This document shows positions 46,625 to 56,070 of a stretch of 56,902 nt of DNA, piece after piece; position 1 is the stretch's first letter; every line of letters begins with the position of its first letter. Origin of the DNA: a virus (taxonomy: Duplodnaviria > Caudoviricetes); the IMG/VR virus record IMGVR_UViG_3300021090_000023, positions 1-56,902 of that record, one strand, 5' to 3'. Position numbers and translations under genes: made by a program. A model generated the notes under the pieces. The model was not told the DNA's origin and did not search any database. It saw only the letters and a list, made by a program, of their open reading frames with translations.

Positions 46625-47716
46625 GTGCCGAGTAAGGTAGACGTCAGGAAGAAGGACGAGGGTGGGTGTATCTGTTCCGCTGATTGGCACTGTAATTCTT
46701 GGCTCGAAGGTGGCGAGCCTGTAAATGGCGTAAATGGAAGACTCCAGGACTTTCTTAAAGCTATCGACTTCCTCCTGAACTACGCCATAGTGCATAAGGT
46801 AAGCAGGATTATTCAGCTCGGGGACGTCTATCACCTCAAGAAGAACATCCCGCAGGATGCCTACAACCTCCTCTGGCAGAAGCTCTACGACTTCGTCCAT
46901 GACTCTGATATAGAGAATAAGCCCACCCTCGAGTTTCTCGCCGGTAACCACGACAGAGAGGATGATCGGAAGGAGATAGTTACGATCCTCCCGTATTATG
47001 CATTCGCAGAGGTCAATACGGAACCTGCTATCTGGGAATCGGGTAGAGTCGTCTACGTCCCATGGCTCTACGATCAGGCGAGAGTGCAGAAGTTCCTCAA
47101 GGACCTCCCGAGGAAGGAGTATCAGATGCTCCTCTTCCACGGAGAGCTGGACGGGGCCCACGTAGGCCCGACGGACTACGTCCTAAAGTCGAAGATGACG
47201 GACGCGATCATACAGCCGAAGCGGTTCGGGCAGATCTTCGCGGGGCACCTCCACAGGCGACAGCACCTCAGGGGGGTCTGGTACCCCGGGTCCCTGATCC
47301 CGAAGGACTTCGGGGAGCTAGAGACCGACAAGGGCTTCCTTCACGTCCTCCCATCCGGGGAGGTGAAGGTGGTCCAGATCCCGTCGCCGTCGTTCCTCAC
47401 CTACGCGTTCGGGAGGCCGCTCGTCAACGAGCGGCAGATCGAGAAGCTCTGCGGACTCATCCGCGGGAACCTCGTCCGGATCGTCTCGAACGAGCCCCTG
47501 GACCCCGCGGTCGTCCGGCTCCTCGAGGACGCTGGGCCGCGGTACCTCAACCTCCGGCTCGCGAGGGTAGAGCGCGAGGTCCCGGTGGCGCCGCAGCCCC
47601 AGTCGGAGAGCTTCGACAGCCTCGTCAGAAAGTACATAAACGAGAGGCAGGTCCAGAGTGATCTCGCGGAGCCGTACTACGAGTACGGCATCGCGACGCT
47701 GAGGAGGTCGGAGTGA
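46625..47716 (+). CDS. Mre11/SbcD/gp47-like nuclease
   Basis: ADWH, LGDVYH, GNHD, FHG, GHLH, YPGS. Confidence 0.92.
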   Translation: MPSKVDVRKKDEGGCICSADWHCNSWLEGGEPVNGVNGRLQDFLKAIDFLLNYAIVHKVSRIIQLGDVYHLKKNIPQDAYNLLWQKLYDFVHDSDIENKPTLEFLAGNHDREDDRKEIVTILPYYAFAEVNTEPAIWESGRVVYVPWLYDQARVQKFLKDLPRKEYQMLLFHGELDGAHVGPTDYVLKSKMTDAIIQPKRFGQIFAGHLHRRQHLRGVWYPGSLIPKDFGELETDKGFLHVLPSGEVKVVQIPSPSFLTYAFGRPLVNERQIEKLCGLIRGNLVRIVSNEPLDPAVVRLLEDAGPRYLNLRLARVEREVPVAPQPQSESFDSLVRKYINERQVQSDLAEPYYEYGIATLRRSE

Positions 47717-48015
47717 GCTCCAAGATGAGGGTGGTCAATATAAGACAGGAGGAGTACGACGTCTACATCGGGCGACCGTCGAAGTGGGGCAACCCGCACG
47801 TGATCGGGCGCGACGGGACTCGCGAGGAGGTTATCGCGAGGTACGAGAACTACATCCTCGGTCGACCAGACCTCCTCCATGACCTATCGGAACTTAAGGA
47901 CAAGAGACTCGGGTGCTACTGCTCTCCGCTTCCGTGCCACGGCGATGTACTCGCCCGCCTCGTGGAGACAATGAGGGTAGGCACGTACCCGTTCATGGAG
48001 GACACGGACCTGTGA
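47713..48015 (+). CDS. DUF4326 protein
   Basis: DVYIGRPSKWGNP…LGCYCSPLPCHGDVL. Confidence 0.9.
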   Translation: MSSKMRVVNIRQEEYDVYIGRPSKWGNPHVIGRDGTREEVIARYENYILGRPDLLHDLSELKDKRLGCYCSPLPCHGDVLARLVETMRVGTYPFMEDTDL

Positions 48016-49790
48016 GCATCGAGCTCGACGCCGTCGTGATCGAGAACTTCATGCCCTTCATCGGTCGGTACGAGGTCCCCCTGGCGCGCCAGGGCCTCGT
48101 CTTCATCGTCGGCGAGAACCGGGTCTCGCGGATGGCCTCGTCGAACGGTGCGGGAAAGACAGCAATTACAGATGCAATCGCATGGAGCCTCTACGACAAG
48201 ATCCTCAGGGGGACGACGGGGGAGCGGTACGTCAACAAGCACTCCGACAGGGCCGTCGTCGAGACGTACTTTCACGTCGGGACGACCGGGTACGTGGCGA
48301 AGCGGGAGCAGAGCGGGCGGACCCGGTCCTGGGAGCTCTTCGAACTGGTCGGCGAGGAGCGTCAGAGACTCGGAACCGGGGAGCAGGTCGCGCGGCTCCT
48401 CGGTCTATCGTTTCAGGGGTTTCAGAGCACGATCCTCTTCGGGGTCTCGGATAACAGGAGGTTCGGGGGGCAGAGCGACGTGCCGAGGAAGCAGCTCTTC
48501 GATGAGCTCCTGGACCTGACGTTCTTCGGGCAGAGGCGGAGGGTCGTCGAGTCGGAGCTGAAGGAAGAGCTCGGGGGACTCCAGAGGGCCGAGGAGCGGC
48601 GGATCGCGATCACGGCGAGCATCGGGAGCCTCGAGACGGAGCGGACGGCGCTCGAGGAGAAGTACCACGCGATGCTTCAGGAGCAGTCGACGAAGGAGAC
48701 GGGGCTCCTCGGTGAACAGCGCGCCCTCTACGGAGAGCTGGACCAGCTCGTCCGGGCGTACCTCCGGGCGTACGAGGAGCGGCACGCCGAGAGTCAGCTC
48801 GTGGACGACTCGACGAGGATCGTGGCGCTGCGGACGCGGATCACGCAGCAGCTCGACGCGACAGAGGCGCAGCTCGCGAGGTTGAGGAGGCAGGCGGACG
48901 AGACGCTCGAGCTCGAGTCCTGCCCCGTCTGCCGCCGCGCCATGAAGGGCGCCGAGGACGAGATACGCTCGTACTTCGAGACCGAGATGCTCCCGCTCTT
49001 CACGACGAGGGAGGAGCAGCTCGCGCACGTCAGGGTCCTCGGGCATGTCCTCGAGTGTTGGCCGTCGGTCGACATCGCCGGGAACTACGAGAACCTCCGG
49101 GAGCGATGCGTGAAGGTCCTCGAGCGGATCAAGGCGAGGCGGTGGGACGAGGAGCTCACGGAGGAGCGGTACATCCGTACGGCACTCGACGACCTCGGGG
49201 AGCGCCTCGCCTCGCTCGCGGACGAGGATGCGCGCCTGGCGAAGGACGAGGTCTCGCTCCGGGACGCGGTCGCGCTCCGCGAGTTCTGGGTCGAAGGGTT
49301 CGGGCACCGGGGCCTCAAGGCGCTCCTCCTCCGGGAGTACGACGCCTTCATAGGCGGGCGCCTCGCGGCGTACGCAGAGAGCCTCACGGCCGGGGAGCTC
49401 GGGCTCGTCTTCCACTCCTACCGGACGCTGAAGTCCGGCGAGGTCCGGGACGAGATCGAGTTCGAGGTGAGGAACGAGCACGGCGCGGACTGCTACGACG
49501 ACCTCAGCTCCGGCGAGAAGCAGCGCGTCGACCTCTGCCTGGTCCTCGCCCTCCAGGACGTGGTCCGAGAGCTACACCAGAGTCACTTCTCGCTCGCGCT
49601 CTACGACGAGGTCTTCGAGCACTTCGACGAGACCGGGACCGAGCAGGTGATAGAGTTCCTCACGCAGCAGCGCCGGGAGGTCGGGAGCGTCTTCGTGATC
49701 TCGCAGAATGCGAAGCTGCTCTCGTATCCCTCCGATCACGTCATTCACGTCGTCAAGACCAAGGAGGGGAGCTCGATCCATGTCGACTAG
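48012..49790 (+). CDS. Rad50/SbcC/gp46-like ATPase
   Basis: NGAGKT, zinc hook CPVC, LSSGEKQR, LYDEVFEHFD, ISQ. Confidence 0.93.
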   Translation: MSIELDAVVIENFMPFIGRYEVPLARQGLVFIVGENRVSRMASSNGAGKTAITDAIAWSLYDKILRGTTGERYVNKHSDRAVVETYFHVGTTGYVAKREQSGRTRSWELFELVGEERQRLGTGEQVARLLGLSFQGFQSTILFGVSDNRRFGGQSDVPRKQLFDELLDLTFFGQRRRVVESELKEELGGLQRAEERRIAITASIGSLETERTALEEKYHAMLQEQSTKETGLLGEQRALYGELDQLVRAYLRAYEERHAESQLVDDSTRIVALRTRITQQLDATEAQLARLRRQADETLELESCPVCRRAMKGAEDEIRSYFETEMLPLFTTREEQLAHVRVLGHVLECWPSVDIAGNYENLRERCVKVLERIKARRWDEELTEERYIRTALDDLGERLASLADEDARLAKDEVSLRDAVALREFWVEGFGHRGLKALLLREYDAFIGGRLAAYAESLTAGELGLVFHSYRTLKSGEVRDEIEFEVRNEHGADCYDDLSSGEKQRVDLCLVLALQDVVRELHQSHFSLALYDEVFEHFDETGTEQVIEFLTQQRREVGSVFVISQNAKLLSYPSDHVIHVVKTKEGSSIHVD

Positions 49791-50760
49791 GTACGGCACG
49801 CAGGTCCTCGTACGATCGGACGCCGGGAGCCTCTGGCACGACGCCGTGGCGCTCGTCTCGAGCGAGGGTGAGGTCGTCGCCCCGGTGACGTCGGGCGGCT
49901 CCCCGTCGCGGGGGATCGAGACCCGGGAGGTCCGGGGGGTGAAGCTCGTCCTCACGGAACCCCGCGCCCGGTACATCTCGAGTCAGGCAAGGCCGCTGAA
50001 CAGCGCGTTCTGCATCGGGAACTTCCTCTACTTCCTCGGCGGGGGCGAGGGCGTCTCGCCGCTCGCGTACTATAACCCGAACGCCGGGAGGTTCTCCGAC
50101 GATGGGAGTACACTTCACGGAGCGTACGGGCCGAGGCTCCTCGAGCAGTTCGGCTTCATTATCTCCCTCCTGGCCGGGGACCCCTCGTCGCGGCGCGCCG
50201 TCACGCTCGTCATGGACACGGAGTCTGACCTCTACGATCTCGACTTCTCGAGGGACATCCCATGCCTGGTGAGTATGCAGTGGCTCGTCCGAGACGGGGC
50301 GCTCGAGGTCCACACGGTCCTCAGGAGTCAGAACGTCGCGATGGTCTTCCCCTACGACGTCTTCCTCCTGACGATGATCCAGGAGTGGGTCGCCGCGGAT
50401 CTCGGCGTCCGGTGCGGGGCGTTTGTCTGCTACGTCGCGTCGCTCCACTACTACGTCTCCGAGGAGGACCTCGCCTACAGGATTGTGCACGAGTCCACGA
50501 GCACTGTCGTGATGCCCCCCATGACGCGCCTCGGCGACCGGCTCCCGGCCCTCCTTCACGCGGAGGCGGCGTGGCGCCGGTGGGGGAGCCCCGGGGTCGC
50601 GTCCCGGCGCCCGGCCCTCTCGGAGAGGTGGTCCGACTACCCGTACTGGGAGGGTGTCATAAATATGCTCGTGTACATCGCGGTTAGGAAGCGGAGCGGC
50701 GCCGACGCGGTGCGCGACGACTCGATGTTCCGGACCGCGTGGGACCGGGCCGCGTCGTGA
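49780..50760 (+). CDS. thymidylate synthase-superfamily protein, probably dCMP-modifying
   Basis: GAYGPRL, SRRAV, DIPC, LRSQN…FPYD, SLHYY. Confidence 0.85.
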   Translation: MSTRYGTQVLVRSDAGSLWHDAVALVSSEGEVVAPVTSGGSPSRGIETREVRGVKLVLTEPRARYISSQARPLNSAFCIGNFLYFLGGGEGVSPLAYYNPNAGRFSDDGSTLHGAYGPRLLEQFGFIISLLAGDPSSRRAVTLVMDTESDLYDLDFSRDIPCLVSMQWLVRDGALEVHTVLRSQNVAMVFPYDVFLLTMIQEWVAADLGVRCGAFVCYVASLHYYVSEEDLAYRIVHESTSTVVMPPMTRLGDRLPALLHAEAAWRRWGSPGVASRRPALSERWSDYPYWEGVINMLVYIAVRKRSGADAVRDDSMFRTAWDRAAS

Positions 50761-51620
50761 TTACTCAGTGGATATCCGCGCTAGACGAGCCGACGATTGT
50801 ACTTGGCATTGATGTTCCGGGAAAGTACCTCGGGGGCTACGCGGTAGTAAATGAAACGGGAAAGGTCCTCGAGACAGGAGTAATAGATTTTAGAGAGTGT
50901 CGCTCGGAACAGATGGAATATCGAAAGCTTGGTAAAATATTTTCTAGACTTACACGCCTCTTTCCAGTTGACGTTCTCTCTATTGAAAGACCGTTCCTCT
51001 ATATCATCGCCCAATGGATCGGTGCTATTAAGATGTGGTCAACAGGAAAGAACCAGAGAAGTATAGTAGGTTGGTCTATGGTAGGGTCGTCCCAGGCAAG
51101 GAAGATCGTGCTCGGTTCTGGAGTAGTTCCGAAGGAAGGTGTTCTAAGCTATGCTATTCAATATACAGGGGACAATACTCTAGTGCAGCACCAAGCAGAC
51201 GCTATTTTATATGCGCATGCATATCTCGCGAAGCCTAGCCTACAGGAAGTTACACGAGATCGGCATCGGAATACTAAGAAGTACAGGGCGTGGAGGGATG
51301 GTGTAATCGCTAGAGACGGTAGGAGCTGCCAACGCTGTCAGAAGAAGAATCTATGGGGGAAGAAGCTACAAGTACATCACATTATCTCGGTACTAGAGCG
51401 ACCGGATCTACAGTATAGCATAAAAAACGGGGAGGTACTCTGTATACCATGTCATAGTTCTCATGAACATCTAGGAAGAAAGAAACCAGCCGGCTTCGGA
51501 GCTAAGGTATCTCTAGCTCTAACTGGTATACCAAAGACTCTAGAAGCTCGCGCTTCTATGAAGCGTGCTTGGAAGCGTCGACGCCTAGGAGCTCCAGCCG
51601 TAACTCGACGAAAGGAGTAG
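50757..51620 (+). CDS. RuvC-like resolvase fused to HNH and a NUMOD3-like tail
   Basis: VLGIDVPG…IERPF…HQADA; WRDGVIARDGRSCQRC…VHHI…NGEVLCIPCH; AT-rich. Confidence 0.85.
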   Translation: MITQWISALDEPTIVLGIDVPGKYLGGYAVVNETGKVLETGVIDFRECRSEQMEYRKLGKIFSRLTRLFPVDVLSIERPFLYIIAQWIGAIKMWSTGKNQRSIVGWSMVGSSQARKIVLGSGVVPKEGVLSYAIQYTGDNTLVQHQADAILYAHAYLAKPSLQEVTRDRHRNTKKYRAWRDGVIARDGRSCQRCQKKNLWGKKLQVHHIISVLERPDLQYSIKNGEVLCIPCHSSHEHLGRKKPAGFGAKVSLALTGIPKTLEARASMKRAWKRRRLGAPAVTRRKE

Positions 51621-51626
51621 CGCGCT

Positions 51627-51953
51627 ATGGAGAAATCGTCCGGGCAGGAGAGGACGAGGGAGTTCATCGAGGGGTTCGTCGCGCTCGTCGCGCGCTACCC
51701 GGAGAAGGTCCGGGTCGAGGTCAGGGAGGTGCCGCATCAGCACGTCCTGGACCGAAGCGTCACGACGTTCCTGATCGTGATCGAGGACCCGCGCGACGCG
51801 GCGATCCTCATCGGCGTCGGGGGGAAGAACGTCCAGACACTGAGGGAGATCGTGCACGTCATATCGTGCCAGCAGGGCTTCGCCCCGGCTAGGGTGGAGA
51901 TCGTCGACCCGCTCCGGTCGAGGAGAGCCCGAGAGGCGGGGGGTGGGGTATGA
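51627..51953 (+). CDS. KH-domain RNA-binding protein (KhpA-like)
   Basis: LVARYPEKVRV…DAAILIGVGGKNVQTLR (GxxG loop). Confidence 0.8.
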   Translation: MEKSSGQERTREFIEGFVALVARYPEKVRVEVREVPHQHVLDRSVTTFLIVIEDPRDAAILIGVGGKNVQTLREIVHVISCQQGFAPARVEIVDPLRSRRAREAGGGV

Positions 51954-52174
51954 GCGAGTTCACCGTAGAGGTCCGCGTCACGCAGGAGCAGGGGAAGCCG
52001 GACACCTACAGGATCAGCGCGCCGGGGATAGGGCTCCCGGTCCTCCACGACATCTTCCGGAAGCTCGGCGACGACTTCCTCGTCCGCTCCGCGGTCGAGC
52101 GGACGCTGCAGACCCTCTCGGAGATGCAGCGGCAGGTCGTCCTCGCGCAGCCCGGCTCGGTCCCGAAGCCGTGA
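51950..52174 (+). CDS. hypothetical protein
   Basis: ATGA overlap. Confidence 0.6.
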   Translation: MSEFTVEVRVTQEQGKPDTYRISAPGIGLPVLHDIFRKLGDDFLVRSAVERTLQTLSEMQRQVVLAQPGSVPKP

Positions 52175-52292
52175 CGAAGAGGAGGAGGTGGTGCATTCGC
52201 TGCTCCCTGCGGTTCGCGTTCTTTGAACTCTTCCCCTCACTCATGCTCTCGCGGGACGACGTACTCTGTAGTGATCATCGAGGAGGTTCGGT

Positions 52293-52625
52293 ATGACGGA
52301 GGAGCTCAAGGTAAAGGTGGAGGACGGTACAATACGATGCTCGTGCAAGACGTCGGACGAGACCGGGACGGCGAGCGGGTACACGTGCCAGTGGCACCGC
52401 GAGCGACTCCTTGCCGCTCTGAAGCTCCGGGAGACGCGAGTCTTGACGGCGGCGATCTCACGTGTCGCCGAGGAGCCCGAGCTTCCGGGCCCGATGCCTG
52501 ACGACATCTGGGCGTCCCTCAGTCTATCGCGGGAGAGCGCGGAGGAGGTCCTCCGGGCGATCGTCCGCGCGACGAAGGTGGCCATAGTCGCCGACTTCCA
52601 GAAGAGGATGGAGGGGACGAGATGA
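52293..52625 (+). CDS. hypothetical protein
   Basis: GAGGAGG RBS. Confidence 0.65.
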   Translation: MTEELKVKVEDGTIRCSCKTSDETGTASGYTCQWHRERLLAALKLRETRVLTAAISRVAEEPELPGPMPDDIWASLSLSRESAEEVLRAIVRATKVAIVADFQKRMEGTR

Positions 52626-52900
52626 CCGAGCCTGACGGGGAGGTCCTCAGTCTCACGCGGCGGGAGGGGTCGTACTTCTACCGCGACGAGCAGATCAAGG
52701 AGCCGAGCCCGATCATCAGTCACCTCACGGTCGTGACGGTCTTCGGGGAGAAGGGGCCGCAGACGTCGTGGAAGAGCAACGGGCTCATGGCCACTATGGC
52801 GGAGGGCGTCGCGATCTTCTGCTCCGCCAACCCTGGAATGAAGGAGGCCATCGACGGCATGTACGCCCTGATCCTCGCGAAGCATGGGAGGAGGCAGTGA
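52622..52900 (+). CDS. hypothetical protein
   Basis: ATGA overlap. Confidence 0.6.
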   Translation: MTEPDGEVLSLTRREGSYFYRDEQIKEPSPIISHLTVVTVFGEKGPQTSWKSNGLMATMAEGVAIFCSANPGMKEAIDGMYALILAKHGRRQ

Positions 52901-52901
52901 T

Positions 52902-53192
52902 ATGAAGTCTATCTTCTTCTTTCTCAGTGGAGCAGTACTGGCGCTCAGCATCGTCGTCCCTCGACCTATCCCACTCTCATCCTCGGAGGAGCGGCGGGAG
53001 CCGATCCGGGTCGAGCAGTTCGACGCGAGGGGGCGGCGGACGGGTCACGTGATCATCGACCCGAAGACGGGGAGGGTCGACCAGTACGACGCGAGGAGCA
53101 GGCACACGGGAACGGGGAGGGTCGAGAACATTCAGCCGTCGCTCCGGGAGCTCCGCGAGCTCACGAAGCCAAGGCCGGAGCCGTCTCGATGA
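52902..53192 (+). CDS. secreted/anchored protein with duplicated Q(F/Y)DAR…TG motif
   Basis: Signal-like N-terminus; internal repeat VEQFDARGRRTG / VDQYDARSRHTG. Confidence 0.65.
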   Translation: MKSIFFFLSGAVLALSIVVPRPIPLSSSEERREPIRVEQFDARGRRTGHVIIDPKTGRVDQYDARSRHTGTGRVENIQPSLRELRELTKPRPEPSR

Positions 53193-54097
53193 AGTGGGGT
53201 ATCTGCCTCTGCGGTCACGACTATTACGATCACTCACGCGGCCTCTCTTCAGAAGACTATTGCCGGCACTGCCCCTGTCCGGAGTGGCGCCGCGACGAGA
53301 GGAGGTCTCGGATGCTCTTCCCCGGCTCGTTCTGCCTCGGATGGAAGGACTGGTATCTGGATCACCTCGTACGCTGCCTCGGGAGCATCCGGAAGTACAC
53401 GGACGCGCCGGTGGTCCTCGCGGACCTCGGGAGCCGTCACTCCCGGGCGGTCAGGGAGATCGGGCGGGACTTCGCGGTCCGCGTCGTCGACGCCCCGCGC
53501 GAGGTCTGGTCTCGGAGCCACGCCCTCAACGTCGCCGCCGAGTCCCTCTCGCTCGGCGACCTAACTCAGACGACCGCGCTCGTCTTCACCGACGCCGACA
53601 TGCTCTTCTCCGCGAGGTGGTTCGAGGTCGTCGGGGACCTCCTGAACGCCCCCGGAGCTGCCGATCCCGACCGCGCGAAGCTCTACCTCACGCCGTCCCG
53701 GGACCTCGACCCAGCGACGACGGCGGACCTCGGGCTCTGGTGGATGGCGCACCCGCCCTCGGACGAGGCCCTCTTCGAGGCGTCGACGGCGCACCCGAGC
53801 GTCGGGGAGGGCGCTGCGATGATCGTCCCGCGCCTCTGGTTCATGAGGGTCGGGGGGTTCGACGAGGCGTACGAGGTTTGGGGCGGCGAGGACAACGATA
53901 TGGTGCTCCGCGCCGGATGGAGCGGCGTCCCGGTCGAGTGGCTCCCCGACGAGCGGGCGTGCGTCTTTCATCAGTACCACCGGAGGGACTGGCCCTCGGC
54001 GGAGGGGTTCGACCGGGTCCGGCGGAACCGGGCCTACCTCGCGGAGCGGGTGCGCGAGCGCGGGCCGATAGTTAGGAACAAGGAGGGGGAGAGATGA
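53189..54097 (+). CDS. GT-A/GT2 glycosyltransferase (second possible start at 53312)
   Basis: ADLGS, RSHALN, FTDADM (DxD), VGGFDEAYEVWGGEDND, HQYH. Confidence 0.9.
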   Translation: MKWGICLCGHDYYDHSRGLSSEDYCRHCPCPEWRRDERRSRMLFPGSFCLGWKDWYLDHLVRCLGSIRKYTDAPVVLADLGSRHSRAVREIGRDFAVRVVDAPREVWSRSHALNVAAESLSLGDLTQTTALVFTDADMLFSARWFEVVGDLLNAPGAADPDRAKLYLTPSRDLDPATTADLGLWWMAHPPSDEALFEASTAHPSVGEGAAMIVPRLWFMRVGGFDEAYEVWGGEDNDMVLRAGWSGVPVEWLPDERACVFHQYHRRDWPSAEGFDRVRRNRAYLAERVRERGPIVRNKEGER

Positions 54098-54227
54098 GGT
54101 GGTGGCTCGGGCTCGTCGTCGCCCTCGCGGGAGCCGTGTGGGCCGATCACGGCGGCGGCTGGCTGGCCATGTGGCTCTCCCTGCTCGGCGCGATCATCTG
54201 CCTCTCTGCGCTGTGGGAGGAGCGGGG

Positions 54228-54725
54228 ATGAGCGAACCAGATAGTTGTCCGTCGTGTGGGCACTGGACACCGGCGGGGCGCGAAAAGAGAGCAGCGCACG
54301 CACGAGAGCACCCCATTTACGGCACGGATTTCTCCTTGCCATTGAGCGCATTGGTTGAAGAGGCGCGCTCTCGGATCGCTGAGATTCGGGGGGCGTTAGG
54401 AGACATTTCCCGTGCTTATCCGGGCTGGGGAGGGCGCCTCCAAGATGTCGAGGGCCTCCTGACCTGCGGCCTTATCGCGCTCCACGCTGCCCGCGAAGAA
54501 ATGCTCGGCGTTGAGCGGCGGGCGCGTGGGCCCGTCGCCAGAGGGAGGAGACGAATGTCTAGGGTAATACGCATTGATGTATCTCCGCTGAATCCGAGGC
54601 GGTGGTGTCTTGAGCTGGATTGCGGACATGAGGAGTGGATTACGCGGAAGTCACGCCCGACACTCAAGACGTACTCATGCTCGACCTGCCTTTCTGCCCC
54701 ACAGGCGAAGGCTTCCCGCCCATGA
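54228..54725 (+). CDS. hypothetical protein(s); internal start possible at 54555
   Basis: RBS plus ATG; Cys motifs. Confidence 0.45.
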   Translation: MSEPDSCPSCGHWTPAGREKRAAHAREHPIYGTDFSLPLSALVEEARSRIAEIRGALGDISRAYPGWGGRLQDVEGLLTCGLIALHAAREEMLGVERRARGPVARGRRRMSRVIRIDVSPLNPRRWCLELDCGHEEWITRKSRPTLKTYSCSTCLSAPQAKASRP

Positions 54726-55039
54726 CCCCGCTCGATCCCGCCCTCCTTACGGCGGTGCAGCGGACGCTGGACCAGATACCGTGCTGCCAGTGTGGTGTGG
54801 CGCATGGGAGCTACGCCCTCGCCACCCTCGTCGCCTCGTGGGTGGGGCCGCTGGAGGAGGCGCTAGAACCGTTTGTCTCTAGGTCTCGTTACTTCGACGC
54901 GAAGATCAAAGCAAACGGAGAGGCCTGGTGCGACAGCGATGAGTATGTGGACGATCCGCCGTCGGAGATTTACCTTGGACAACTTCGGCAGGCAAGAAAG
55001 GCCCTCGACGACCTGCCCTGGCGGAAGGAGGAGTTATGA
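54722..55039 (+). CDS. hypothetical protein
   Basis: ATGA overlap. Confidence 0.45.
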   Translation: MTPLDPALLTAVQRTLDQIPCCQCGVAHGSYALATLVASWVGPLEEALEPFVSRSRYFDAKIKANGEAWCDSDEYVDDPPSEIYLGQLRQARKALDDLPWRKEEL

Positions 55040-55118
55040 AGAAAAGGTGCTACCACTTTTGGTTGTTCTGGAGAAGTTTGTACAAAGACGAGGGGCGTAG
55101 GTGCCTCCGGTGTGATCC

Positions 55119-55496
55119 ATGACCAGCCCGACCCCGGAGGCGGTGGGGAAATTGCCGAGTGAGTGCCTTGCCAATAAGATCATGGCGCTACGAGACCGCC
55201 GTTGCGAGGCGCATCGATATTATCTCTGTGACGTGTGCGGCGGGGAGTGGATCGACGCCTACGCGCAGGCGCGGGAGCGGGCGGTGCGAGAAGAGATCGC
55301 TGCGGAAGCGGAACTCTGGGGCGCGCTGTCGTCTCAGTCACACCAGCGCGTGCATCTCAACGCCTTCGCGCAGGCGATACGCGAGCAGGCAGGACCCTTC
55401 AGCGACGAGTCGCTCAATGCCTATCTCCGCGCCGCATTCACAGAGGATCAGCGCCGCCGCGCCGCCGCGCTGGGAGGGACGCGGATGGAAGAGTAG
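55119..55496 (+). CDS. hypothetical protein
   Basis: 125-aa ORF. Confidence 0.5.
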   Translation: MTSPTPEAVGKLPSECLANKIMALRDRRCEAHRYYLCDVCGGEWIDAYAQARERAVREEIAAEAELWGALSSQSHQRVHLNAFAQAIREQAGPFSDESLNAYLRAAFTEDQRRRAAALGGTRMEE

Positions 55497-55541
55497 TCTC
55501 GAAGTACCTTCGATGCATCACCGGGGAGGGGGTGATAGATC

Positions 55542-55703
55542 ATGGCCAAGGCCAAGAAGGTCCCGTTCGGGGGCTACAGCATCAATTTTAAGGGCGTCAA
55601 GGAGTCGATCGAGGACGTGATGGGGTCGTCCGACGTCGCGCCGTCCGAGATGACGAAGAAGCTCTGGGACTTCGTGAAGCGGAAGGGGCTCGCGTCGAAG
55701 TAG
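55542..55703 (+). CDS. small SWIB/MDM2-like protein (53 aa)
   Basis: RBS; SIEDVMGSSDVAPSEMTKKLWDFVKRKGL resembles the SWIB core. Confidence 0.65.
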   Translation: MAKAKKVPFGGYSINFKGVKESIEDVMGSSDVAPSEMTKKLWDFVKRKGLASK

Positions 55704-55900
55704 GCCCGTCGGAGCGGGGGGAGGCCCCTAGGCGGGTCGGGAGGCCCTAGAAAGTCGTCCTCTAGGCCCCTCCCGGCCCCCTAGGAGGCCCCCTCTAAGG
55801 GGGTTTCGGCCCCCCGGAGCCCTACTAGGACCCTAATGTACGGTCCACACGCGGCCCGTGTGAAGACTTCTACCCCGGAGACGGCCCCGACTAGGGGTCC
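55701..55900. repeat. CCTAG(G)-rich intergenic element, copy 4
   Basis: GGAGGCCCCTAGGCGGG, GGAGGCCCTAGAAAGTCGTC, CCCCTAGG, CCGGAGCCCTA. Confidence 0.6.
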
Positions 55901-55917
55901 CGAGTGAAAGGAGAGAG

Positions 55918-56070
55918 ATGATCTCCAAAATGCTCCTCGTGGCAAATGTAGTCTGCATGATCCTGGGGACGTACGCCGCGGCCATGAAGCAGCCGGACTA
56001 CGCAGCGGAGTTCTACGCCCTGGCGGCTGCCCTCATCGGGTCTGCGATCTGGATACGGGGCGACCGCTAG
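55918..56070 (+). CDS. small two-helix membrane protein
   Basis: AAGGAG RBS; hydrophobic 50 aa; stop overlaps the convergent gene's stop. Confidence 0.5.
   Translation: MISKMLLVANVVCMILGTYAAAMKQPDYAAEFYALAAALIGSAIWIRGDR

Noticed and set aside
50757-51620. IscB/Cas9-like RNA-guided nuclease
   Set aside because: RuvC is not split by HNH, no PLMP or bridge helix evident, no flanking non-coding space
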